From assembly GCA_010909165.1 (NCBI GenBank), contig VJWM01000011.1, forward strand, positions 1,054,001 to 1,118,000: a stretch of DNA of 64,000 nt. The letters are read 5' to 3'. The position numbers were made by a program, and so were the translations under genes. Each line of letters begins with the position of its first letter. Positions within the stretch are counted from its first letter, which is position 1. This DNA comes from Anthoceros angustus (lineage: Eukaryota; Plantae; Anthocerotophyta). The notes under the pieces are model-generated. The model did not search any database and had not been told where the DNA came from. It saw only the letters and a list, made by a program, of their open reading frames with translations. Positions 36,059-48,271 of this stretch are shown one piece after another.

Positions 36059-38612
36059 AGCCCAACTCTGTCAGCTTTATCCCCCAAACTCAAAAGAAGC
36101 ATCGAGGATTTGTAGCACTATGAGAACTGGATGCGTGACAAGCTTCCCCAGTGTGAGGCACCATCCACTTCCGTTACAACGTGGAGGGCTGAGTCTCACC
36201 GCCGCATTTTGTGGATTGATTGACTTTAATTTTTAAATTTTATATGTAATAGGTAGCCTAATTCAACCTTCACTTAAATCGTACGACTTATAGCGTTATG
36301 TATATACATACACGGCAGGCCAACGTGGCGAACAAGGATCTTGTATTCAATGAATTGGTCCTAAGGCCCTTAAAATTAGCTAATTAGTTAATTTGATGTA
36401 AGAGCGAGGTACAATTCAATTCATATTATAATTATTAATATCTTGATGTTGATATTTTATTATTTTTACTAATATAATTCAAACATATAAAATTTAAAAT
36501 TTATGTGTTCAATGATGATGATAATCGGGTTTTAAAAGCATCAATAATTTTTTTCCATTATGACGGTGCCCTAACATGCCTTCTGATGATCACGATGGTA
36601 CCCTAACCTGACCACATCTATGGTTGGTATTATGCTAGGCTAAAATGCGTTGCACTATCTCACTCTATTTGTATTCTGTACTATTCCATTCCAATAACAC
36701 TCTCCAAAGCATATAAGATCAATGCAATATATTATTCTCACTCTTATAGCATTTCACGAAGCGGGAACGACCGATGTGCCATACTAGTTTTATTCTTCAT
36801 ATGCTAATATTTTGCCATACTAGTTTTATTCTTCATCTGCTAATATTTTGCCAAACGAATAGCGCCTATGCGGTACTATCCCCACTCTATTGGCAAAATT
36901 TCTGACTATCAATGTCGGGTTCTGTATTGGCATTGTGCCTGACTATCAATGTCAGATTCTCTATTAGCATTGGGCGAGACTGCCAATGCCAAATTATCCA
37001 TTGTCATTGTGTATGTGCCAAATTGCTCGTATCGAGTTTTCTCCTGGCATTGTGCCAAATTATCCATGCTGAGTTCTCGAGGGCCGGAAAACCATTGACA
37101 GAGTGCAAGACTGCCCTGCCGAGTTCTTCAACCGGATCTTCTCTTCCTAATCCCACTAGGACCTTTCAAAGTCAACATGCACGCTAGTGATATATACAGA
37201 ACAGGACAAAAACCAGAACCAATTGAGCTTTTATGTCCAAAAATAAAAGCTTGAGCTTTCATGTTTTTGAATAAGTTACTGAACTTAAAAACTATTATGA
37301 CACAATGCTTTCTTAATTTTTTTAAGAATCCAAAAAATGTATACTTCAAACTTGGTATTGGCGATTGGTATTGGCGATTATTTGCCGCACTCAGTGTTGC
37401 TAAATATTCGCCAACACTAAGTTTGGTTTCGTGCTTCACCCTTTTAAAATGTGGCTTCTTTTAATTTCATGCTTTTTTTTCCTCAGCACGGATCTCCTCC
37501 TTCTAGACCTCTTAAACTCAGTGTATCTACGCCTCGCAAGCTTTAAAAATTAGGCGAACTTCTCCATCGTCATGTGGGAAACAGAGTAAGGTCCTATCGA
37601 AGACGTCGAATGAGTTATTTTCACTTGATTCTTAAATGTTTCAAGTGCACCCGCACTGTAAAGTGAAAAATGGCAAACACAATATTTTATTTTCATCCCA
37701 CCTGGATCTTTCCAACTCAGCACACACGCTCGCACTTTACAATGAACAATGCAAAAAATTAGTCGCTTTATTTGAGGTACTTATCTTTTTTTTTCTGATC
37801 CTAATTTGAGTACTTCCAAGACCATGGATAAAATCCTTTTCATCCTTGTCCGCATGAAGGAACGTAAATTTGTTTCCATCGAGTAAATTTGCCAAAAAAA
37901 TCTATTTTCACCGTCATTAATCAATCTTCCCTTCAATTGGATAGATCCTAGGCCTATCTTACGAGATAGAGAGCATCTTCGAAACATGTATGAGTTTCTG
38001 CAAACAAAGTTACTTTGAGACTTGAATCCTCCGTATTATCTCGGTCGAAGAAGATGAGATTGTACTTGCATGATTTTGCTGAGAATTCCGGTTATACTTT
38101 TATGTTGAAAATGTAATTCCAACAATGAAGAACATACCGAACAAAATTAAGACGTTAGAATTCAGCTGTAATGTGCAAAGTACTTAGAATAGCTCCTACA
38201 AGAAAAGTTAGTTTGTAGACACATACTTATTAATTAAATATGATTTATGAATATTTACTAATAAATAAATATAAAAATTTTAATAGTCATAATGAATTAT
38301 AAATAAAAGAAGAAGAAGTCTATTATGATCCTCCTTTCCAGGAGTGACATCCATACACGAGTTCATTAGAACTCCACAGTTAAGCGATAAGTGCTTGGAT
38401 GGGGTGTTGCCCATCTTCCACGTTCATAGCCCTATGGGGCCACTTATTATAAACCTCATGCCTCTGTCTCGCAGTGGTTGTTAATTCCTACGAGGTTACT
38501 CCATATCAAATTCTAAAGTGGGACTACAATGTATACTTTGAAATTCTATAAAGTCTCCAAATTTACTAAAAAAGAAGTCTATTATAATCTACTTAGAAGG
38601 AATTTTCTCTCA

Positions 38613-38770
38613 AGAACTTGGTGCTTAACAACTTGTACCATGATGTGCCTAAGCTACTTGCACCAAGGGCATCCTCTCCCTCTAGGCACCTCATCTAAGT
38701 ACCGATCTAAGCTCATAAGCTTAATAATAACGTTCCTATGAATGTGTATCTATTTGGCCTAAAGTACATT
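38613..38770 (+). repeat. Dispersed repeat; second copy at ~53627-53835
   Basis: GAACTTGGT.CTTAACAACTT..GTACCATG.TGTGCCTAAG.TACTTGCACCA.GGGCAT...CATCTAAGTA.CGATCTAAGC occurs at both loci. Confidence 0.8.
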
Positions 38771-40049
38771 TGGTACACATTTCTAATTATTTATTAATAA
38801 TAATTATAAATAATAAAATAATAAATTTCCATCAAAAGTAACTCCTTGGAACACATCATCATCAAGAAGAGCTTGTGAGTTGTTGATGTAGCTTATTTCA
38901 CTTGACTCACTCGACTTCATTTGTAGAGAGTCAACGTAGAATTCCTCGTTCCATTGGACTAGCGAGAAATGTAGGTCACCACATCCTTGTGGTAGCAAGT
39001 GCTTAAAGATCCCAACAAAGTATTGAGATCCCCTTCAAAGCTATTATCTCTGTGACCATCAGTCGAGAATAGGACCCTAAATAGATATAGGACCTTGAAC
39101 AAGAATAAGACCTGAACGTACTAGCAGAAGGCCTAAACGAATTAGAGTAAAATAGAGGCTTCCAGATACTGGCTTATATCTCTCAAATAGATCAGCTGAT
39201 TGATATGATTTTTGTTAAACATCTCTATGCTATTGCTAGAGGAAGCTTAACAGCATAAATTCGACGTCATAGCCCAAGAAATCGGCCCACTACTGCAAAG
39301 CATTGGCAAAACTAGCTTCCAACCAAATATGAAGGCAATTCATGAGCAGGTTGGTGTCCAGACCAGATTCGAGTAGCAAGAGGTTGGCATTTTAGCTGGC
39401 CGGCCGGATAGACTCGGAAAACCCTAACTATTACACGAACTCTAAGTGTGGCCGGTCGTACGTGTGCTTTCAACCACTTTCATGTGCATCAATGAGATAG
39501 GCTCAAGAGTTGTTCGCATTGCACAATCGGTTATCGCAGTAATAGTAGATGAAAAGATATCTTTATCTTAAAATGGAATTTTCTTCTAGATGTTATAGGT
39601 CCCGCAATATGGTCCGGTATATACGAAGATAAACTTGATATGCTGGTGTTCCCATGCAGCTACACCCGCCCCATTCAATTGTTGGAGGGAAGATCGCTTT
39701 CTACACTATCTCGGCCTCCCAAGCTGACCGCCCGAGTGTAGGAGTCTCGAGTGTGGCATCTTGGGCAGTGTGAGTGTGGAGGCTTTGAAATTTGGCCTCT
39801 TCGCCTTTACATTGTATGATTGGTCTTCATCATGATGAGTGCTGAAGGATTGCGGTTATTTCTCATCCATCAAATTGTTTGGGTTGACAAGAATTAGATT
39901 AAGGCAATGATGAATAATAAGAAGTTTGTTTAGCCTTCTTTGGACTACACCAAATTGTTGGCAATTGCACGTAAGTCCTTGCCTGCATTTCTTCTCGCTT
40001 GAGTTTGAACTCCACTATGAATTTATTTATCTCATGCATATGCACTTGC

Positions 40050-40500
40050 CACTTTAGCGAAACTTGAACCAATTTACAACGGGGTTTTTAGACGGCGTAA
40101 AGATTGGGACATTTTCAAAAAGGGTTTTGTAAAACGGGCCTCCCTCCCTAGTAGTGGCATGCTCAATCTTTGCAAGTTCCACTTTGGACATTGTCTCTGC
40201 AAAAAAAGCCATTATCTCACCAAACTCCACTCCAAATTTATTTTCCATAAAACGATGTCTCTTCTGTTTACTATTTGCAACCCTTCGCGACGAAATCCCA
40301 GGTACATCGCAAGCCATAGTGACACTGGGCTTGATGTGCCACTGGAGTTGGTAGGGGTCTTTCCCAGAATAATTTTGCAACTTGTACCTGCACAAAGCGG
40401 GGCACCCTGTAGTTGCCTTACTCGCACGCAACACCTCCTAGGCCTGTTGCTATGGCTTCAAGATAAAGATGTTATTTACACTCGAGACCTGCAACTTTGA
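40050..40500 (-). pseudogene. Frameshifted protein-like remnant, probably TE-derived
   Basis: LQGAPLCAGTS..GKTP....LWLAMYLGFRRE / FFAETMSKVELAKIEHATTREGGPFYKTLF in AT-rich repeat context. Family not assigned. Confidence 0.35.
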
Positions 40501-40574
40501 AAGCACAAAATTGCTGGACCTCAATGTAGACAATCTCTTCTCCATATTTGTGCTTCAAGTTACAGAACATACTT

Positions 40575-40880
40575 CTCCAACGTAATGGCTGCAACTCCAA
40601 CGCCAAGCAAACTCCAATGTGATGCATTTGCAATGCGATGGTAACTCCAAGATGATGGCAGCTTCAACGTGATGGCAACTCTAGCACAAGGCAACTCTAA
40701 TGCGAAGGCAACTCTAGCGTGAGACAACTCCAACGCGATGACAACTTTAACGCGAGGCAACTCCAACGCGATGGCAACTCCAATGTGATGGAAACTCTAG
40801 CATAAGGCAATTCTATAGCGATGGCAACCCTAACGTGAGACAACTCCAATGCGATGACAACTCCAACATGATGGCAATGT
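40575..40880. repeat. Degenerate ~20/40 bp tandem array
   Basis: Recurring GGCAACTCCAA(C/T)G(C/T)GAT and CAACTCTAGC units. Confidence 0.75.
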
Positions 40881-40999
40881 GCAGGGCCAAGTTCTACTTT
40901 TCAACTCGTTCCACATTTTCTTCCTCTCCCTTGGTTAGTACAATTTGCGATACAGAGTTGGATACCATAAAAAGAACACGGTATCACCGTTCTTACGGT

Positions 41000-41130
41000 G
41001 GTATGTACCATGCTTTCTTTTATTAGTCGTTTCCTCACAGTCGATGGTATGTACCATGCTTTCTTTTATCAGTCATTTCCTCACAGTCGGTGGTATATAT
41101 CATGCTTTCTTTTATTAGTCTGTTTCCTCG
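41000..41130. repeat. 46 bp tandem repeat x3
   Basis: GGTATGTACCATGCTTTCTTTTATTAGTC.TTTCCTCACAGTCG at 41000, 41046 and 41092. Confidence 0.9.
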
Positions 41131-42524
41131 TAGTGCGAGATACCGCAATATGACTCGCTGTGCAATGTGAACAGCCACAAGTTCAGCGGGCTGGTGACCA
41201 ATCCATGCTTTTATAATTCTGTTGTTACTTGGTGTGAGTTACATGTTCAATGGGCTGGTGAACTTGCTTTCATAATTTTGTTGTTACTTGGTGTGACGTG
41301 AAAATTCATTCAGAATACATATGCGCACAACTTTGGATCAAAAGACTCAATTTAAGGGTTAAAACACTGGCCAAACACGACCAATCCAATTCTTTAAAAC
41401 CTCAGTTGCTCCTCTCCACTTCGACCCCGGGTCCCCTTTGGTTGTCCCCTCCGGACATCGTTTTTTTTCACCTCAATAAAAAAACTATCCAATTCTTAAA
41501 AAATAAGAGTTTGCGGGAGTCTTTTTGAATCACCTCTCAATGGAGAATCCGCAAAATCCCACTTAAGAATATTTAATTAGGTCAGATGGTCTAATGCGAT
41601 GAAAAACCAAAGAAACAGATGAAATGTTCCAAAAACGTCCGGTTATTACTAGTATCCGGATGGAGTTCCCCGTTGAAGCCCCTATTTTACTCTAACTTCC
41701 GCATACGGGGCCATTTAGAATCATTCTTTGGAACGTTAATGACGGCACGGAGACTTTAATTACGTCGAGGATCAGCAAGTAGAAACTAGGTGGCAAGTAT
41801 AAATCATGAAATACTCATCTGTGACGTGTGACGGTGAAAACGTAAAGCTGCTTCCACCTACAGGGCCTGCTTTGGCGGAGTAGTCGAGGTAGCCGTAGCG
41901 GTGTTGATGATATGCTTCGTTATCTGCAAATACACAATACACATTTTGGACGTGTTTGCGTGGGCTTGGAAGATTGCCGCTGCTTCAGCGTGGCAGAATG
42001 GCACTCCTTCTGTCTGCAAAAATGCCGCAGCAGCCTCTCCGGCGGTAAAGATGTCCAAGCTGCATACAGAGCGGAAATTCTTCCCATCACTACCTCGTGT
42101 TGCCTTGAACATGGCAGGCTCCGCAGGTTTGGAATATTCAACTAGCTCTGCGTTGTGGCATTTGGATTTGGAGCAAATGGAAAGAGTGCAATCTGGTGTT
42201 GCTGCTGTCTTCCACAACCACTTACAATGTTCAAGAAATGGTGTTACAGGGGACAAGCTTGTGCATCCATGTTGCGGCTTACGCACGATACCGCTGTTTG
42301 AAGCACAAAGGTATGACACGTGCAAACCCTACCAATGGCATTCTATGTTGCATGCTGGAATGCTCAGCCCTAGCTAGCACACGGATTGCCGTGCACCGTG
42401 GTTCAGGAAGCTTCAGGACCTTGGAGCGTACGCTTGCACAGCTGTGTGTTAACTCTGTGTTGATAAAGTGTGTGTTAGCGAGTGAAAGCGTTGTCTCCCA
42501 AGAGAGGTTGAAGAAGCTGGAGAG

Positions 42525-44478
42525 ATGGCGGCTGCGCAGCGTGTTGCAGGGGTGCCGGGCTCGGGAGGCGGGTGCGCTGCGGCCCCGGCCTCCCGCAGCC
42601 AGTGGAGGCAAGGCGAGCAGGAGGTGAGCTTCTGCCTCCTCAAACGGGCAGGGTCGGGATCGCCGTGGGCTCGCCGAGGCCGTGTGATTGCGGCGGCGCC
42701 GCCGGAAGGGGGGGCCGGGCCGGCTCAGGTGGTGCACCCGCTGGAGAAGGCGGCGCTGGCGGCGGCGGCGGCGCTGAGGGCGCATGAAAACGATCCAGAG
42801 GCGGAGGCGGAGAAGCACTGGCAGGCCCCGGAGGAGGTGATTGGGAGCGAGGCCAAGCTCCTGGTGCACACTTATGCCCGCGCCCCCGTGGTGCTGGTGA
42901 GCGGCAAGGGATGCAGTGTTTATGACGCGAATGGGAAGGAGTACCTGGACCTCGCGGCAGGCATCGCTGTGAACTCCCTTGGCCACAGCGACCCCGCCTG
43001 GGTGAAGGCTGTGGCGGATCAAGCCGCCCTGCTGGCGCACACCAGCAACCTCTACCACACCGTACCACAGGTTTTCTTCTCCCTCACCTTCCTCGCTCCT
43101 TCCTCCAATTGCATTGCATGTTTCTCCTGAGACCTTGCTTTTGTTTCCTCCTTCTGTTGCCCTGCAACTCATGAGACCTTGTTTTAGTTTCCTTCTCCCT
43201 TCCATTCGTTGTCCCTTCCTCCGGTGGCATTGCATCTCATGACACCTTGCTTTTGTTTCCTTCTCCCTCCCATTCGTTGTCCCTTCCTCCCATTGCATTG
43301 CATCTCATAAGACCTTCCTTTTGTTTTTTTTTCTCCCTCACCTTCCTTGCTCCTTCCTCCGATTGCATTGCATGCATCTCATGAGTGAGCCCTTGCTTGT
43401 CGCCTGGCATATGACAGGTGAAGCTGGCGAAGAGGCTGGTGGAAGCCTCCTTTGCCGACCGCGTCTTCTTCTCCAATTCCGGGACAGAAGCCAACGAAGC
43501 CGCCATCAAGTTCGCCAGGAAGTTCCAGCGCGTGAAGGCGCAGGAGCGGGAGGATACCCGCTGGCTCAAGTTGCCCTTCGGGCAGGCGAGCCCGGCCACG
43601 GGCTTCGTGGCGTATTCCGGAGGCTTCCACGGCCGGACGCTGGGGGCGCTGGCCCTGACCAGCAAGGCGCAGTATCGAGCCCCATTCGAGCCCATCATGC
43701 CGGGGGTGACCTTCATCGAGTTCGGGGACCTGGAGGCGACCCGGAAGGCGGTGCGGGGGGGCTCCATTGCGGGCGTGTTCGTGGAGCCGGTGCAGGGGGA
43801 GGGTGGCGTCCTCCCCGCCGTCGCCACCTTCCTCCGCGGGCTCCGGAAGCTGTGTGACGACGAGGGAGTGCTGCTGATCTTCGATGAGGTAAGCTCGCCA
43901 TCTTCCTTCTTCTTTCTCCTTTTCTCTGTTCTGAACTGGCTTGATACCTGCAGGTGCAATGCGGGTTGGGGAGGACAGGCCGGCTGTGGGCGCACGAATC
44001 CTACGGCGTGCAGCCGGACATTATGACGCTGGCGAAGCCCCTGGCAGGTGGGCTGCCCATCGGCGCGGTTCTGATGACGGAGGCGGTGGCGGCAGCTATC
44101 CAGCCCGGGGACCACGGCAGCACCTTCGCGGGGGGGCCTCTGGTGTGCACTGCTGCGCTGGCGGTGATGGACAGGCTGCAGGAGCCGGGCTTCCTGGAGG
44201 CGGTGGCCAGCAAGGGCCACATGCTCAAGACCAGGCTCCAGGAGGTGGTCGGGGGCAACAGGCACGTGAAGGAGGTGCGGGGGACGGGGCTGCTGGTTGG
44301 GCTGCAGCTGGACGTGCCGGCGGGTCCTCTCGTGGATGCGGCGCGGGAGCAGGGCCTGCTAGTGATCACTGCGGGTAAGGGGGATGTGGTGCGGATGGCC
44401 CCGCCGCTCACCATTTCGGAGCTGGAGTTGGAGAAGGCGGTTTCCATTCTAGCCAAATGCTTGCCTTCCCTCGGTTGA
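42525..44478 (+). CDS. argD: Acetylornithine aminotransferase (class III PLP enzyme), organellar, 3 exons
   Basis: Exons 42525-43070, 43418-43888 and 43954-44478. Motifs [55 protein letters not shown]|[35 protein letters not shown]. Transit-peptide-like N-terminus. Confidence 0.96.
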
Positions 44479-45860
44479 GATTCCCTGTGGTGTGAAGTAG
44501 ACTTTGTGTGTGTGCTGTGCGCAGCGAATTTTTGTTGCACTTGGTGCCTGCTCTGTACAGAGGCCGGTAGCTCGATTTGTCGAAAAACTCTTGTTGCCTT
44601 GCTTGCTGCCCGTGTTTGCTAAAGGTAGCTAGCAAGCTAGGACTCGACGCACGATGCATCTTTTTTGCCAAGCAATAAGTTGCCAAGCGCTAAGTCGTCC
44701 ATGTATTCAAGAACATGCTTGAAGGCTTCAAGAACATGCTTGAAGTCGGGGCTGTTCAGTGAGCAAGGGGTCTGTAATCTGAAATGCTTAGTATGCAGAA
44801 TATTTCTCGTGTTCCGGGTTGGAACATGGGATGCGGCACAAGGAAGGTCTTGATTGGCTACCGTGATCAGCTACCTACACGCACGCTGCACCTACATACA
44901 AGTGGCACTTAGAACACTTGGCATCCGCAAGTCGGACTTCTCTTACACTTGCCCTTTCCATCCTCGTCTTTAGTATAACTTACAGATCCTGACTTCGAAT
45001 TTCTTCCTTGTTCTTGTATGTTGGGAATCTTAGTCATGGCGGCTCTCGCGATCCATGATAGATATCTATGTACTGTAGATAAGTGTGTGCATGTTACATA
45101 CATACATGCATATTTATCTGCACTCTAGATCCAATGATGAACGAGGGTGGCTTGGTAGCATGATTTCAAGTACATATGTGCATGACGATATATGTATGTA
45201 TATATTGGCTACGAGCTCGTTCCGGAAATGGTGATCGAGGTTCTTCCGGTGTGCGTAGTACGAGCATATGTACCAACTACATTAGTTGACTTAAATGGGG
45301 TAGTCACGCGCATAAGAACTCTCAAGTAGGTATTTGTGATTGGCACACCCAAAAAAAAGACATAGTTTAAAGTCAGAGAATAGGTCCTAGTCACAAGTAG
45401 GCATAGCTAACTTGGCGGTGGTAGGAAGGGATTAGAAATTTGGACATTAGGAAATTCGAAAAAATTTTAAATTAGAAATTGAAGAGCCCGAAAACTTTGG
45501 CCATGGGCCTACACAGTACACAAACGAAAGCTATTAAATGACATTACCATGTGAAACATGAAAAGGGTCACAATAGGCTAACATAACATCTCAAATAATG
45601 GGCATTTATAGGAGATGTTGAAAACCATCCCACAAGCTTTGGCGTTTTACTGGAAATACCACATAAATGACGTTGATCCTATTGAGTTTCTTGCAAACCG
45701 CATTTGAAATTATGATGGGATTCATACTTTCGTAAATATAAATTTGTCTATAATTTGGCAAGGATCTGAGATTTTGAAGTAATACATCTTGTCGAAAAAA
45801 ACTATATCCTAACACATATCTATTGATATTCCATACTAAGATGCGTGTTCGAAAGCCCAA

Positions 45861-46070
45861 GGAAAGAGTTTCCTTGGCCTTCGATATGAGAAACCGCCCT
45901 CAAGGAAAGAGTTTCCTTGGCCTTTGATATGAGAAACCGCCCTCGAGGAAAGAGTTTGCTTGGTCTTCGATATGAAAAACCCTTCGAGGAAAGAATTTCC
46001 TTGGCCTTCGATATGAGAAACTCCGCTCAAGAAACGAGTTTCCTTGGTCTTCGATATGAGAAACCCCCCT
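45861..46070. repeat. ~43 bp tandem repeat x5
   Basis: GGAAAGAGTTTCCTTGGCCTTCGATATGAGAAACCGCCCTC(A/G)A at 45861, 45904, 45947, ~45989 and ~46031. Confidence 0.9.
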
Positions 46071-46203
46071 TAGTGGCTATATATACTGGTAGTCACTTCT
46101 CTTAAACCTTCAGATTAATTATCTTGTATTGTATTTGAGGTTTAACTCATAATAAGTTCATCTCAGTTCTTCATCAAGGATTTGGAGAAAAATATACATT
46201 TTA

Positions 46204-46818
46204 ATGTTCTCACCAAATAACATCCAAAAGCTTATGGATGATATTTCAAAAATGGAGATTGAGGCACAACATACATTACATCTTGAAGTTCAACGACTAC
46301 TGGACCTTGCTCTAAAGAAACAAAAATCGAATGACCTTGAAGAGGCTAATTCCTTACTACTTCAAGTATTACAACTCCAACCCAGCTCAGAAGATGTTGT
46401 GCACTTGTCTGCAATTTTGAATGTAGAGATTGCGGTACAAAGAACCACAAATACCAATATGGAAAGATGGTGCAATATCCTTGGCATCAAACTGGACGCG
46501 GATGAGAGCGCAGTCAACAAACGGTATAGGAAATTGGCTCTTCAATTACACCCGGACAAAAATAAATATGACGGGGCAGAAAATGCTTTCAAACTAATTT
46601 TGGAGGCAAAAAATGGCGTTCTTGCCAAGAATCCTAAGGATTTCATTGCGAAGAGTTTGTTTAAAGAATATGAGGTTAAAGTTAGTAGGAGTCATCATGT
46701 TAATCGTAAAAGTAAAAAAACTAGACGAGAGGCAGAGGTGTGTTCTTATCCACTGCATGGTCGAAATGGTCGTTGTCGTAAATGTAAGATGAATATGAAT
46801 TCTAAATCTATAAAGTAA
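46204..46818 (+). CDS. Intronless J-domain (DnaJ-like) ORF, 204 aa
   Basis: ILGIKLDADESAVNKRYRKLALQLHPDKNKYDGAENAFKLI (HPD motif), preceded by a TPR-like helix pair; AT-rich. Confidence 0.75.
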   Translation: MFSPNNIQKLMDDISKMEIEAQHTLHLEVQRLLDLALKKQKSNDLEEANSLLLQVLQLQPSSEDVVHLSAILNVEIAVQRTTNTNMERWCNILGIKLDADESAVNKRYRKLALQLHPDKNKYDGAENAFKLILEAKNGVLAKNPKDFIAKSLFKEYEVKVSRSHHVNRKSKKTRREAEVCSYPLHGRNGRCRKCKMNMNSKSIK

Positions 46819-47399
46819 TATTTTTTTGTAACTACTTGAAAACATGAAATATTGTATGCGTTCTTTGTTGAACTAACCATTGTATTGACCAACGTTATCA
46901 TATTCTTACTAGGTATTTTTTATAGGATCTTTATCTCCCTTAGCTTAATTGTGCATTCAATTTGGGAACTAACATCCAAGATCTTTACAGTGGTCTTGAT
47001 CTTTAGACCGAGGATGAGGTTAAGGTTTGTAGGAGTTGTCCTCTTAGTTGTAAAAGTTCGAAAACTAGGCAAAAGGGAGGGAGGTGTTCTTATCCACTAC
47101 ATGGTCGAAATGGTTGTAGGAGTTGTGTCGGTTGTAAAATTCAAAAACTAGGCCAAAACGAGGGAGGTGTTCTTATCCACTACATAGTCGAAATGGTCCA
47201 TTGCTGTAAATGTAATTGAATAATGATTTAAAATTACACTGTAAGTTTTTTTTAACCACAAAAATCCTATAACATATAAACCTCGGCCAATGATGAAAGT
47301 AATGAGATCGAGCTCACAATGATGGGGCTCGGTATTGCTCCACCACGACCACAACCTTGTTGGGATGGGTCACCACGACACATGCCATTTGCGACATTA

Positions 47400-47760
47400 G
47401 CATCGTCCACCGAAGCAAGACGCTGGTTCAGAGACCCTCACCCTGCGTGGCATCAGTTGGTCATCAGCTCCGAGGCTTGCTTCCTGAATCTGGGAATGAA
47501 GCTCCCTCCCCTGCTGAAGCTGAAGCTGAAGCTGATCCAGCACGGGCACAGGGTTGAAAGGGGGATAGGAATAGCATGCAACCGCATTGCTGTCGGGCAG
47601 ATTGCCAAACCCCTTGGCGAGCATCCTGCATGCTCCGCAGGGGGCATCAAAATGGTACATCAAGAACAGTATGGCTAGTTGATTCTGAATTATGAAGTCT
47701 ACAAAATTCCAGAACTTGCTTAATCTGGACCTTTGGCAAGACTGGTGCACCTCACAGTCT
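47400..47760 (-). pseudogene. Degenerate PLS-PPR fragment
   Basis: NQLAILFLMY..CG.CRMLAKGFGNLPDSNAVA...QQGRELHSQIQEASLGAD resembles S/P/L motif pieces. Confidence 0.55.
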
Positions 47761-48271
47761 GGCCATAGGCATGCTTACGGCTGCCCCGGGCGCAGCCAGG
47801 TGCCGGAATTCCGACAAGCGGGGGAATCGACTGACGAGTGTGGAGGGAGGCGGCAAGGTTTGCTCCGGTCACCGCCAAGGAGCTTCGATTGCCGAAGAGT
47901 GCCGACGAGCCAAAATCGAAGAAGTGTGTTTGTGGTGACACAAGGATGGCCTCCTACAGCCTTGAGGGAGGAGAATGTCTGGCTCAAGTAAGCAAGAATC
48001 GGAACTCGCGTTGGGTTGCGTTGCGGACGGGCTTGACGTTTGCTTGTCCGGATGTGGGATTCAGTTGTCAGTCATGTCGTCTGCACCTCCGTTTGGTTGT
48101 TTGGTGAAACTGGAGTGAGACGGGGAACCTAGACCTTCTCGCACTCTGACTCAAGCGGCTGTTCATATGCTTGCAAGGATGTGAAGAGCGATAAGGAATC
48201 GGGAGCCCAAGCCTATGATCCCTCGAACCTACACTCTGGCTCAGCTGAATTCCTGAATACAAGCTCCGCGA

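Noticed and set aside
41858-42377. Overlapping 155-158 aa ORFs upstream of argD
   Set aside because: No recognisable domain or splice support; could be promoter/UTR sequence.
42279-44540. Long antisense ORFs (339, 342 and 179 aa) over the aminotransferase
   Set aside because: Shadow ORFs caused by high GC3 in the real + strand gene.
45861-46070. CRISPR-like appearance of short arrays (also 41000, 53030, 61462)
   Set aside because: The units are head-to-tail with no unique spacers, there are no cas genes, and the context is eukaryotic.
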